Counted from the first letter of the stretch, positions 17,993 through 27,680 are shown. The stretch: 64,000 nucleotides of DNA from an uncultured Clostridia bacterium (GCA_934772045.1 CAKVMH010000002.1:91062-155061), one strand, 5' to 3'. Program-made: numbers and translations. Notes: a model not told the origin generated them from the letters alone.

Positions 17993-18021
17993 TTGACTAG
18001 TTTTTTTTGTTTTTATATAAT
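17993..18021 (+). promoter_or_regulatory. SigA-type promoter for ftsA-ftsZ
   Basis: TTGACT (17993-17998), 17-nt spacer, TATAAT (18016-18021). Confidence 0.6.
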
Positions 18022-18045
18022 TATATAAATTAAGTTGGGGGAAAA

Positions 18046-19155
18046 GTGCTTAACAAGTTGAATTTCATCCTTGAAGTGGGCTCTTCAAAATTAGTGTTGA
18101 TGGCATGCGTGAAGCGCAAAGGCACAAGCAAAATTGTCGACAAAGCAACAGTGCTTTACGATGGCTTCATGGATGGTGAATTTTTGTCGCCAGATGAATT
18201 AGAACTTAGCCTTAGTGAACTTTTGCAAACCATAAGTTCCAAGTTGCACACATCAGTTCATTCAGTCACCGTTGGCGTTCCTAGTGAATTTTGTATGTGC
18301 GTATGCAAACGCATTTCGCGCAAGTTTGTTGAACCACACAAGGTTACAAGCAACGACATTGCTAACCTATTTAGTTCAAACACTGGGTTTGGTGAAAGTA
18401 GGGATTATCAAGTTATCAATTATAGCCCTATGCAATACATGCTTGACGATAATGCGGTGACACTAACCCCAGTTAACAAAAAAACATCAACCTTAGTGCT
18501 TGATGCAAGTTACATATTGGCAAAAACTTCATTTATTGATTTTGTCACAAGCAAATTTAAAAAACTCGGCGTTAACAATGTGGACTTTATTTGTTCCGCA
18601 TTGGGGCAAGCTATTAAATGTGCAAAAGATAACGAAGCCAAAAAGCCTATTGCAGTGGTTGATGTGGGGCATATCACAACAAGCGTTGCTGTGCTTAAAG
18701 GTGAAGGGCTTGCCTTGCTCAGTTCATTTTCAATGGGCGGTGGGCACATTTCAAGTGATATAATGCAATTGTTAGGCATGAATTTTAAAGATGCGGAACT
18801 CATCAAGCGCAAAATAATTTTGACAATTGAGCCACAACATAATGAGTATTACGAAATACGCACAAAGGACAGTTTAATTAAAGCACCGATAGGTATGACA
18901 AATCAAATTGTAAAAAGCCGTATCGAAAGTTTGGCAAAAGTTATAGGTGAAATTTTGGCAATTGACCCAGTTTTCAAAAACTATCAACTTTATTTAACTG
19001 GCGATGGCATTGCAAACTTCAAAGGTGTTAAAACAATTTTAAAAAAGCAAACAAACATGGATGTTGAACTTTACAGCAATATGTTCGACACATCTGGCAA
19101 CAAAATGCAAACTTCACTTCAAGGGCTTGTTACCTTGAATGATATGATAATTTAA
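18046..19155 (+). CDS. ftsA: Cell division protein FtsA (actin-like ATPase), short and divergent
   Basis: GTG start after GGGGG. LEVGSSKLVLM and VVDVGHITTSVAV phosphate-binding motifs. Immediately upstream of ftsZ. Confidence 0.8.
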   Translation: MLNKLNFILEVGSSKLVLMACVKRKGTSKIVDKATVLYDGFMDGEFLSPDELELSLSELLQTISSKLHTSVHSVTVGVPSEFCMCVCKRISRKFVEPHKVTSNDIANLFSSNTGFGESRDYQVINYSPMQYMLDDNAVTLTPVNKKTSTLVLDASYILAKTSFIDFVTSKFKKLGVNNVDFICSALGQAIKCAKDNEAKKPIAVVDVGHITTSVAVLKGEGLALLSSFSMGGGHISSDIMQLLGMNFKDAELIKRKIILTIEPQHNEYYEIRTKDSLIKAPIGMTNQIVKSRIESLAKVIGEILAIDPVFKNYQLYLTGDGIANFKGVKTILKKQTNMDVELYSNMFDTSGNKMQTSLQGLVTLNDMII

Positions 19156-19165
19156 GGGGTGAAAT

Positions 19166-20326
19166 ATGGACTATTCAAACAACATTTGTAAAATTAAAGT
19201 AGTTGGCGTTGGCGGGGGTGGCAATAACGCCGTAAATCGTATGGTTAGCGCAGGGATTACTGGCGTTCATTTTATTGCTGTCAACACTGACCAGCAAGAT
19301 TTAAATATGTCACGCGCCGATGAAGTGATCCAAATCGGTAAGAATTTAACCAAAGGGCTTGGCGCAGGTGCAAACCCAGACCGTGGACGTGAAGCAGCAG
19401 AGGAGAGTGTTGACGAACTTAAAAAAATGTTGCAAGACACTGACCTTTTGTTTATCACCGCAGGTTTAGGCGGTGGCACTGGCAGTGGTGCAGCTCCAGT
19501 TATTGCACGTCTTGCAAAAGAAATGGGCATTTTAACCATTGGTGTTATTACAAAACCATTTAAATTTGAAGCACCAACAAGGGCAAAAAATGCAGATAAC
19601 AGCATACAAGAATTGCGTAAGTATGTTGATAGTTTGGTTGTTATTCCAAATGAAAAACTTTACACAATTTTGAAAAAAGATGTATCATTCCTTGATTCAT
19701 TCCGCTACGCTGACGATGTGCTTCGTCAAGCAATTCAAGGTGTTAGTGAACTTATCTCAGTTCCAGGCTTAATTAACTTGGACTTCGCCGACGTTTCAAC
19801 CATCATGCGTGATAAAGGCATTGCACACATGGGCATTGGTAAAGGGCGCGGTGCGAATAAGACAATTGAAGCAGTTCGTCAAGCGGTTACAAGCCAATTG
19901 CTTGAAACCAGCATTGAAGGCGCAACTGGCATTTTGATTAACATCACTGGTGGCAGAGATTTAACATTAAGCGAAGTTTACGAAGCAGTCGACCTTGTGC
20001 GCGATGTAGCAGACAAAGATTGTAACATTATTTTCGGTGCACGCATTAATAACGACACAACTGGCGAAACTGAAATTACCGTTATCGCAACAGGTTTTAG
20101 CGATAAGGATAAAATGCCAACCGTGCCAGAATTTAAGAATAACAGTGTAAATGTTCGCCCATTTACTGAACAAACAGAAAGGGAAGTCGAAGAAGAACCT
20201 ACCACAGAAGAAGAGCCATCTGACATTCAACCAAAAGATGAAGTGGAAGACATTTCAATCAAGGCAAAAAAACCATTTTTAAGTGATGACGATTTGCCAC
20301 CTTTCCTTCGTAAATTGAAAAGATAG
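19166..20326 (+). CDS. ftsZ: Cell division GTPase FtsZ
   Basis: GVGGGGNNAVNRM and GLGGGTGSGAAPV tubulin signatures. C-terminal DDLPPFLRK peptide. Confidence 0.98.
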   Translation: MDYSNNICKIKVVGVGGGGNNAVNRMVSAGITGVHFIAVNTDQQDLNMSRADEVIQIGKNLTKGLGAGANPDRGREAAEESVDELKKMLQDTDLLFITAGLGGGTGSGAAPVIARLAKEMGILTIGVITKPFKFEAPTRAKNADNSIQELRKYVDSLVVIPNEKLYTILKKDVSFLDSFRYADDVLRQAIQGVSELISVPGLINLDFADVSTIMRDKGIAHMGIGKGRGANKTIEAVRQAVTSQLLETSIEGATGILINITGGRDLTLSEVYEAVDLVRDVADKDCNIIFGARINNDTTGETEITVIATGFSDKDKMPTVPEFKNNSVNVRPFTEQTEREVEEEPTTEEEPSDIQPKDEVEDISIKAKKPFLSDDDLPPFLRKLKR

Positions 20327-20358
20327 AATTTCTAAATAAAGTGTAGATATTAAAAATG

Positions 20359-20391
20359 CAGTACAACAACTTGCGGTACTGTATTTTTTTT
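20359..20391 (+). terminator. Intrinsic terminator after ftsZ
   Basis: CAGTAC ... GTACTG stem followed by a T-run. Confidence 0.55.
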
Positions 20392-20564
20392 GAAATCAGC
20401 AATTTTATTTAAAATTTCACTTAAAAATTTTTAAACTTTTTTAAAAATGAGTGTATTATTGTTGCTTTAATTTGCAAATTGTGTTATCCTTTTAAAAGAA
20501 AAAATCGCGTATTGTGGTTGCACAATTTATGCGAAAATTTTATTTGTAAGAGGAGATTTAAAAA

Positions 20565-20999
20565 ATGCGTTGTATTTTCTGCGGTAATAGTGAAAGTAAA
20601 GTTGTCGATAGCCGTTATTTGAAGGACACAAGCATTCGTAGGCGTAGGGAGTGCCTTGTTTGTGGTAAGCGTTTCACAACATATGAAACAGTTGAAACAA
20701 ACCCAATGATTGTTACAAATGTTGACAATATGCGTGAGCCTTTCAAAATTGAAAAATTGGTGGAAAGTGTGCAATATGCCATTTACTGCACCAATGTGGC
20801 AGACACAGCAGAACAAATTGCCAGCAGGATTGAAACCAAACTTTATGCTCTCCAAAAACAGGAAATTACAACTAAGGACATTGTTAAAGTTGCCTTAGAT
20901 GTTTTGTTTGAAGTTAATGCGATGGCTTGCCTTGTTTATTACACTCAACACACCGAGTGTGAAACTTTTGACGATGTTCGCAGGTTCTTAAATAAATAA
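20565..20999 (+). CDS. nrdR: Transcriptional repressor NrdR
   Basis: MRCIFCGNSESKVVDSRYL...RRRRECLVCGKRFTTYE zinc ribbon plus ATP-cone. Confidence 0.95.
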   Translation: MRCIFCGNSESKVVDSRYLKDTSIRRRRECLVCGKRFTTYETVETNPMIVTNVDNMREPFKIEKLVESVQYAIYCTNVADTAEQIASRIETKLYALQKQEITTKDIVKVALDVLFEVNAMACLVYYTQHTECETFDDVRRFLNK

Positions 21000-21146
21000 T
21001 TTTTTGCCTTGCTTTTAAGCAGGGTTTTTTCTTTTAACAATACAAACAGCATACAGCGGTATAAATGTTTTCTTCTGCAACAAAATATTTTGTTAGGGAA
21101 TGTTTTGCTACCTATTATTCTGCATTGAAAAGGTGATGATTTATTT

Positions 21147-21788
21147 ATGAAAAACACAACAAAAGAAATATTATTTTTAAGTTCTGCAATTGCATGTTTA
21201 TGTGCTTTTAGTGCAATGCTCATTATGGTTAAGACAGGGCATAATTTTAAAATTGACCAACTTAACACATTTTTTTACACGCACCAAAATGGCTTTTTCA
21301 CAGGGTTTTTCAAAATTTTCACGTATTTAGGCGAATGGTGGGCAATGGCACTTATCGGTGGGTTGGTTTTAATTTATGCAAAGGATAAGCGTGTTGGCAT
21401 TTTTTGTTTAATTGCTGTTGCAGTTGCTGTTGTGTTGAATTTAAGCGTTAAGTACATTGTTCGTCGTCCACGCCCAACAAACATGATTGTATTTGAAGAA
21501 GGGTATAGTTTTCCAAGTGCTCACGCTATGATAAGTTTTACATTTTATTCAACTTTAATCTACTTTGTTAACACCAAAATGCACGATTTACCTATGCAAA
21601 TTTCATTTTCAGTTTTGTTAGGTTTAACAATCTTGTTGTTAGGCTTGAGCCGTGTATACTTAAATGTACACTATTTTAGCGATGTTTTGGCAGGTTTCCT
21701 TTTCGGTTTTGTGGCACTTTACATCACACTCACACTGTTTAAAATTATAAAGGCAAAACCAGCAAAACAACTTGTAAACCAAACTTAA
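21147..21788 (+). CDS. PAP2-family phosphatase (undecaprenyl-diphosphatase-like)
   Basis: KYIVRRPRP, FPSAHA and SRVYLNVHYFSDV motifs. Multi-TM. Confidence 0.85.
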   Translation: MKNTTKEILFLSSAIACLCAFSAMLIMVKTGHNFKIDQLNTFFYTHQNGFFTGFFKIFTYLGEWWAMALIGGLVLIYAKDKRVGIFCLIAVAVAVVLNLSVKYIVRRPRPTNMIVFEEGYSFPSAHAMISFTFYSTLIYFVNTKMHDLPMQISFSVLLGLTILLLGLSRVYLNVHYFSDVLAGFLFGFVALYITLTLFKIIKAKPAKQLVNQT

Positions 21789-21913
21789 AAAGTTTTAAAA
21801 TTTTACTTGCGTAATTAAATGTAAAAAGCATATGTTTAATTAAACGCAAGTTTTTTGTTGCTTTATCTATCTTTTTGTGTTAAATTAAAGGCAATAAATT
21901 TAAGGAGAACGTT

Positions 21914-23494
21914 TTGATTACAGTTAATAATGTTGCCGTGCAATTCGGCAGTAGGAAATTATTTGATGAAGTAAATTTGAAATTCACAAAAGGCAATTGT
22001 TATGGTGTTATCGGTGCAAATGGCGCTGGTAAATCAACCTTTATGAAAGTGCTTTCTGGCGAATTGGAGCCAAACAAAGGTGAAGTTATCATTCCAGCAA
22101 AAGAGCGTTTGTCGGTTTTGGAACAGAACCAAGAAAAATACAACGATTACACAGTTTTGCGCACAGTTTTAATGGGGCATAAGCGTTTGGTTGAGTTGAT
22201 GGATGAGCAAGAAATGTATTACGCCAAAACCGATTTTACCGAAGAAGACGGCAACCATTTGGCAGAATTGCAAGCAGAATTTGCCGAACTTAACGGTTGG
22301 GACGCTGAAAGTGACGCGGAAAAACTTTTAAATTCGCTTGAAATTCCGCAAGAATTGCATAACGAATTAATGGCGAATGTGGACAGTAAAATTAAAGTTA
22401 AAGTTTTGCTTGCGCAAGCATTGTTTAGTAACCCAGATAACCTTATTTTGGACGAACCAACCAACAACCTTGACGTTAAAACAATCCGCTGGTTGGAAGA
22501 TTTTATTTTGAACTTTGAAAATACAATTATCATTGTCAGCCATAACCGCCACTTTTTGAACAAAGTGTGTACACATATTTGCGACATTGATTACGGCAAA
22601 ATTAACCTATTCCTTGGCAATTACGACTTTTGGTATGAATCTAGCCAACTTGCATTAAAGCAACAAAAGGACCAAAACAAGAAGGCAGAACAGCGCGCGA
22701 AAGAATTGCAGGAATTTATTGCTCGTTTCAGCGCGAACGCATCAAAATCTAAACAGGCCACCAGCCGTAAAAAGGAATTGGAGCGTTTAACAATTGAAGA
22801 TATTAAGCCTAGTAGCCGTAAATATCCTTACATTGACTTTAAATTCGACCAACGCATCGGCAATGATATTTTGTTTGTAAACAAACTTACAAAACCAGGT
22901 GTGTTTGAAAATGTTTCGTTCACTGTCCGCCCGGACAACAAAATTGCAATCATGAGCGACAACAGCAATGTTGTGACCGCACTTATGGACATTTTGGCAG
23001 GTAAGGACACAAATTATAAAGGCGAAGTAAAATGGGGTAAAACCATAACCCCTTCCTATTTACCACAAAATAACAACAGTTTCTTTGAAAATTGCGACTT
23101 AAATTTGGTGGAATGGATAGGGCAATTTACAAAGGAAACTGACGCAACATTCTTACGTAGTTGGCTTGGCAGAATGCTTTTCAGTGGTGAAGAAGCGGAA
23201 AAACAAGCAAAGGTTTTGTCCGGTGGCGAAAAGGTGCGTTGCATGATGGCACGCATGATGCTTCAAGCCGGCAATTTCTTGTTGCTTGACGAACCAACCA
23301 ACCATTTAGATTTGGAATCAATTACCGCATTAAACAAAGGCATGGAACGCTTTGAAGGTTGTATGATTTTCTCAACACACGATGAAGAAATTATGTCAAC
23401 GGTCGCTAACCGCATAATACGCATCAACAAAACGCTTGAATATGACAAAGAAATTGATTACGACACCTATGTTGACACTCAAATGCGCAAATAA
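21914..23494 (+). CDS. ABC-F family ATPase (two ABC domains, no TM)
   Basis: TTG start after AAGGAG. Two Walker A sites (GANGAGKST; second one degenerate), two LSGGE signatures and a charged linker QQKDQNKKAEQRAKEL. Confidence 0.85.
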   Translation: MITVNNVAVQFGSRKLFDEVNLKFTKGNCYGVIGANGAGKSTFMKVLSGELEPNKGEVIIPAKERLSVLEQNQEKYNDYTVLRTVLMGHKRLVELMDEQEMYYAKTDFTEEDGNHLAELQAEFAELNGWDAESDAEKLLNSLEIPQELHNELMANVDSKIKVKVLLAQALFSNPDNLILDEPTNNLDVKTIRWLEDFILNFENTIIIVSHNRHFLNKVCTHICDIDYGKINLFLGNYDFWYESSQLALKQQKDQNKKAEQRAKELQEFIARFSANASKSKQATSRKKELERLTIEDIKPSSRKYPYIDFKFDQRIGNDILFVNKLTKPGVFENVSFTVRPDNKIAIMSDNSNVVTALMDILAGKDTNYKGEVKWGKTITPSYLPQNNNSFFENCDLNLVEWIGQFTKETDATFLRSWLGRMLFSGEEAEKQAKVLSGGEKVRCMMARMMLQAGNFLLLDEPTNHLDLESITALNKGMERFEGCMIFSTHDEEIMSTVANRIIRINKTLEYDKEIDYDTYVDTQMRK

Positions 23495-23565
23495 CAAAAA
23501 TTAGTACGCTTAGTGCTGGCAAAAGGTTGAAATGTAAATGAAAAATAGCAATTTTACATTATAAA

Positions 23566-23871
23566 TTGTTAAAAAAAATGAGTGCTATCTTAGCACTTTT
23601 TTTCATATATTTCTTTATGGGAATGATGGACGAAATTGAAAAATTGATGTGTGCAACAGGCAATTCGGTAAACTATCGAATTGTAAATTTGGGTGGAACA
23701 AGTTTGTATGTTGAAGGGTTAAAAAATGTTGTAAGTTTTGGTGAAACTGAAATGCAATTTCAACTTAAAAATAAGTTGCTTGTGGTGGCGGGTGACAACT
23801 TAAAAGTTAAATATTTAGACAAAACAACATGTGTCCTTTTAGGTTTAATTGAAAAGGTGGAAGTTAAATGA
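23566..23871 (+). CDS. yqfC: Sporulation protein YqfC/YabP family
   Basis: YabP-like beta repeats (LYVEGLKNVVSFGETEMQFQLKNKLLVVAGDNLKV). Immediately precedes yqfD. The true start may be ATG 23578 or later. Confidence 0.7.
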   Translation: MLKKMSAILALFFIYFFMGMMDEIEKLMCATGNSVNYRIVNLGGTSLYVEGLKNVVSFGETEMQFQLKNKLLVVAGDNLKVKYLDKTTCVLLGLIEKVEVK

Positions 23872-24959
23872 AATATGATTTGACTGGCTACAACATAGAC
23901 AACCTTTTGAAAACACTTTACCTTAAAAAATTTAATCTTTCTAACATTGAACGCAAAGCGCACAATAGCGTCAGTTTTGAAATACCGGACAACCAAGCAA
24001 AAAAGGCGAAAAAATACATTGCAAATTTTAAAGGTCAACAAACTGCTGGCATTTTAAAGCGTTTGCCAAAGTTGATTTTGACGAATATTAGTTTATTAAT
24101 TGCAGTGTTTGTTGGTGCGCTGTTTTTTGCATTTTCATCTAATTATATCTGGCAAATACGCATTTTTGGCACAAAAGATTTAGACCCAAATGAAATAATA
24201 ACACTGCTTGAACAAAACGGCGTAAAAAAGGGCAAATTAAACTTAAAATCGACGGAAGAAATTGAAACAATTTTGCTTGAAAATTACAACCGCTTGGCGC
24301 AAGTGTCAGTTATTAAACAGGGCAGTGCCATTATTATAAACCTTAGCGAAAAGTTGGTTTACACTGAAGAAACCTATCAAGCGATTACGGCAAAATATTC
24401 AGGAATTATCACAAAAATTAACATAATTACAGGCACCACAAACATAAAAGTGGGCGACTATGTAAACGTGGGCGACGCGTTGGTTTTGCCTTTCAATTTA
24501 GATAAGGAAGGCAACAAAATTTCTGTCGACCCCATGGCGGAAATTGAAGCAAAGATGTTTGTTGTGGGCAGTGCCAAACTGGACAAAAATGGGACGATTT
24601 TAACCCGCACAGGCAACAAACAAATTGTGTATGATTATTTTATTTTTGACAAGCACATATTTTCTGGCAAAAACAAAAATTCATTTGCTCTTTTTGAAAA
24701 TGTAAGTTATAATAATTTTGTAAGTGATGTTTTGCCATTGGTGCGTCGCACTACTGAGTTTTATGAACTTAAACTGACGCCAATCACATACGATTTTGAA
24801 GCGGAAAAACAAGCGTTAATTGAACAAAGCAGGCAGAATGCAATAAAATCTCTGCCAGCGGAATATTTAGAAATTGAAACCGCACAAAAAACTGAAATCG
24901 TTGGCGAAACCATGTATGCTTACACAACTTACACGATAGAAGGGCGGATAAATGGTTGA
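23868..24959 (+). CDS. yqfD: Sporulation protein YqfD
   Basis: Architecture and the YIWQIRIFG motif after a single TM. yqfC-yqfD synteny as in Bacillus. Confidence 0.75.
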   Translation: MKYDLTGYNIDNLLKTLYLKKFNLSNIERKAHNSVSFEIPDNQAKKAKKYIANFKGQQTAGILKRLPKLILTNISLLIAVFVGALFFAFSSNYIWQIRIFGTKDLDPNEIITLLEQNGVKKGKLNLKSTEEIETILLENYNRLAQVSVIKQGSAIIINLSEKLVYTEETYQAITAKYSGIITKINIITGTTNIKVGDYVNVGDALVLPFNLDKEGNKISVDPMAEIEAKMFVVGSAKLDKNGTILTRTGNKQIVYDYFIFDKHIFSGKNKNSFALFENVSYNNFVSDVLPLVRRTTEFYELKLTPITYDFEAEKQALIEQSRQNAIKSLPAEYLEIETAQKTEIVGETMYAYTTYTIEGRING

Positions 24960-26328
24960 ATTTTTTAACGAAACACAATTAGATGAAGGAATTTTACAAA
25001 ATTTGCAAACGGTTGAACAACAAGTTTACACCTTTTTGCATGCACCTAAAAGTGTTAAAGTTAACCTAAAATTTGTAAGCCCAGAAGAAATACGCACAAT
25101 CAACAAACAAACACGCAAAATTGACAAAGTAACAGATGTTTTATCGTTCCCTTACACAAACATAAAAGTGGGCGAAAAATTAAGGTTGAAAGACTATGTT
25201 TGCGACATTGACCCAACCGACCATAAATTGCTTTTAGGCGATGTTGTCATGTGTGTTGACCGCGCTAAACAACAAGCAGAAGAATACGGACACAGTTTAA
25301 AACGCGAAATTTGCTTTTTGTTTTGCCATGCGATGTTGCACCTTATGGGGTATGACCATATTGACCCAGAAGATGAAAAATTGATGACAAAAAAGCAAGA
25401 AGAAATCTTAAATTCACTAAACATTACACGCACAAATTTCAAGGCTGGCTTTGTTACAATTGTTGGTGAAACAAATGTTGGCAAATCTACATTAATCAAT
25501 CAATTAATAGGTGAAAAAGTTGCAATTGTGAGCCCTAAAAGCCAAACCACGCGTGAAAATATAACTGGCATATATAACGACAAAACCTGCCAAATTGTGT
25601 TTCTAGATACACCTGGCTATCATAAACGCGCAACAAAAATTGATGACGCAATGGACAAACAAATTGAAAATGCGCAGGAAGACACTGAAATTGTTTTGAT
25701 GCTTATCAGTGCAAAAAAGCCGTTGATAAACCAGTACTTGGAACTAATTAAAAAGGTTACAGCAAGCGCAAAGAAGGTTTTGTTAATCAACAAAATTGAC
25801 GAAGTTAAATATGAAAAATTATACCCACAACTTGCCGAACTAAGTGGTGTGGCAAAAGTTGATGAAATTTTGCCAATATCTGCCAAAACAGGCAAAAATT
25901 GTGATGTTCTGCTTGAGATGATTAAGAAATTTTTACCTTGTTTTGACCATGAAATGAGATATTATCCAATTGACGAATATACGGACAAAAACCTGCGTCA
26001 CATGTGCGCCGAAATTGTGCGCGAAAAGGCACTTTTGTTGCTAGATGACGAAATTCCACATGGCATTCAAGTGGTTGTAACTGACTACCGCGAAAATGAA
26101 ACACCAATTCAAATTTACGCTGATGTTTATTGTGAGCGCGAAAGCCACAAAGCCATAATTTTGGGCAAAAATGGCGAGATGATAAAGCAAATTTCCACAA
26201 AAGCAAGGCAAGCAATTGAACAGCTTGTTGGTGTAAAGGTTAACCTTCAATTGTATGTCAAAGTTAAAGTAAATTGGCGCAATGATGAACGCGCATTAAA
26301 AGACTTTGGCTTAATAATTGAAGAATAA
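24952..26328 (+). CDS. Fused endoribonuclease YbeY / GTPase Era
   Basis: Single 458-aa ORF. N-terminal HAMLHLMGYDH metalloprotease motif (YbeY). From about aa 165, GFVTIVGETNVGKSTLIN, DTPG, NKID and a KH-type C-terminus (Era). Confidence 0.85.
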   Translation: MVEFFNETQLDEGILQNLQTVEQQVYTFLHAPKSVKVNLKFVSPEEIRTINKQTRKIDKVTDVLSFPYTNIKVGEKLRLKDYVCDIDPTDHKLLLGDVVMCVDRAKQQAEEYGHSLKREICFLFCHAMLHLMGYDHIDPEDEKLMTKKQEEILNSLNITRTNFKAGFVTIVGETNVGKSTLINQLIGEKVAIVSPKSQTTRENITGIYNDKTCQIVFLDTPGYHKRATKIDDAMDKQIENAQEDTEIVLMLISAKKPLINQYLELIKKVTASAKKVLLINKIDEVKYEKLYPQLAELSGVAKVDEILPISAKTGKNCDVLLEMIKKFLPCFDHEMRYYPIDEYTDKNLRHMCAEIVREKALLLLDDEIPHGIQVVVTDYRENETPIQIYADVYCERESHKAIILGKNGEMIKQISTKARQAIEQLVGVKVNLQLYVKVKVNWRNDERALKDFGLIIEE

Positions 26329-26455
26329 AAGTAAAAGAGAAAAGTATTGAAAAATGCACACCGTTATTCGCTGTAAAGCAAAAAACAAACACAATTTTTG
26401 GTTAGCATAGTGAATAAAAGCGGTGCTTCAACATAAAATATTTTAGGGGGTAATT

Positions 26456-26614
26456 ATGGATTTTAAAACAGATATTGCATTAAAATTTTACGCATCTTTT
26501 GTGCGTACAGGTGACCCTTATTTTTATGTGCTTGCAGTTGATGCCGAAAAAACTGAAACTTTAAGGCAAACTGTGCGTGCAAAGGCGGAAGCGGAAGACA
26601 CATTGTCTTTATAA
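26456..26614 (+). CDS. YqzL-like small protein (52 aa)
   Basis: Below the track cutoff. RBS AGGGGG sits 5 nt before the ATG. Sequence MDFKTDIALKFYASFVRTGDPYFYVLAVDAEK... Its position between era and recO matches Bacillus yqzL. Confidence 0.6.
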   Translation: MDFKTDIALKFYASFVRTGDPYFYVLAVDAEKTETLRQTVRAKAEAEDTLSL

Positions 26615-26644
26615 TTCTGCTGTAATTTTGCTGTGAAAATAAAA

Positions 26645-26665
26645 AAGCGTAAACACACGCTTTTT
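26645..26665 (+). terminator. Intrinsic terminator
   Basis: AAGCGT-aaacac-ACGCTT followed by a T-run. Confidence 0.55.
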
Positions 26666-26753
26666 GTAAAATTGGATAAAAGAAACCAAAGCATCTTAAT
26701 TTGGTTTACAAAACAAATTAAATACATTACAATCTAATTCGAAAAACACACAT

Positions 26754-27425
26754 ATGGACACAAAAGTTAAGGGCATAATTTTAAAATTAATCGACTATAA
26801 GGAAGCAGATAAATTGGCTTCCATTTTTACTTTGGAACAGGGCGTGGTTACCGTAAAGTTTAAAGGTGTTAGGAAGGAAAAATCAAAACTTAAATCTGCT
26901 TGCATGCCGTTCACTTTTGCCGAGTTTAACATAAATCAAACTGGTAACAGCAGGGTGGTGACAAACCTAAATGTGATTGACGACTTTTATGGTATTTTGC
27001 AAAATTACAACAAAACCATTGTGGGCTATATAATATTGGACATTTTAAAAACAATCCTGCCAGTTGAGAAGCCTGAACAAGACCTTTTTGTTTTAACCTT
27101 AAACGCCCTTAAACAAATTGAGACGGAAGACGAATTTACATCTCTTGCTAAATTTATAATCAAATTTGTCGATTTCAGTGGCATGAGCCTAAATTTTGAC
27201 ATACCCAAATACGCATACTTCGATAAGGTCACAGGCGACTTTGTTAAAACCCTTTCCTTTTCCACAATGCAATTAGACAGCAAAGTTTACACCTATCTAA
27301 AAGCCATAAATAATGGCGAAAAGCCAACCGCTTCAAGCACCACACAAAAGCAAGCATTGCGTTTGCTTAACACTGTTTTGCTCATTAAATTTAATGCGGT
27401 CATCAAGTCATTTGAATTTATTTAA
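26754..27425 (+). CDS. recO: DNA repair protein RecO
   Basis: N-terminal OB-fold pattern (KGIILKLIDYKEADKL) and synteny after era. Confidence 0.85.
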   Translation: MDTKVKGIILKLIDYKEADKLASIFTLEQGVVTVKFKGVRKEKSKLKSACMPFTFAEFNINQTGNSRVVTNLNVIDDFYGILQNYNKTIVGYIILDILKTILPVEKPEQDLFVLTLNALKQIETEDEFTSLAKFIIKFVDFSGMSLNFDIPKYAYFDKVTGDFVKTLSFSTMQLDSKVYTYLKAINNGEKPTASSTTQKQALRLLNTVLLIKFNAVIKSFEFI

Positions 27426-27454
27426 TTAAGCACCAAAATGCGGTTTAACATTCA

Positions 27455-27476
27455 GCAGTCCAACTGCATTTTTTTA
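27455..27476 (+). terminator. Intrinsic terminator after recO
   Basis: GCAGT-cca-ACTGC followed by AT7. Confidence 0.55.
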
Positions 27477-27477
27477 T

Positions 27478-27680
27478 ACACTAAAAACTACCAGATGTTC
27501 TGGTCGTTCGGTTGATGTTTACAGATTGACATAAATTTCGTGTCCTCTTGCGAGTGGAAGGGCGTCACAACCTGTGCTGTGTAATCGTTTTGCAAAAGCA
27601 AAACTCAATTTACGCTTGGTTGTTCCTTTCCCCAACAAACCCACCATGTTAGGCTTTGTTGGGGTACTCTGATGAGTACC
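27478..27680. repeat. Unclassified structured element, copy A (modules 1 and 2)
   Basis: 27478-27562 aligns with 60083-60163. 27545-27664 aligns with the reverse complement of 35686-35800. Contains hairpins 27588-27603, 27630-27664 and 27663-27680. Confidence 0.6.

Noticed and set aside
20484-20855. 123-aa minus ORF overlapping nrdR
   Set aside because: It is antisense to the unmistakable NrdR frame.
27545-27600. SRP RNA, tmRNA, 6S or RNase P as the identity of element A
   Set aside because: I could not find the SRP domain IV motif (GGAA tetraloop with flanking AGCA/GGA loops), a tRNA-like end with a tag ORF, or the RNase P GGAAAGUCC core. It is left unclassified rather than forced into a family.
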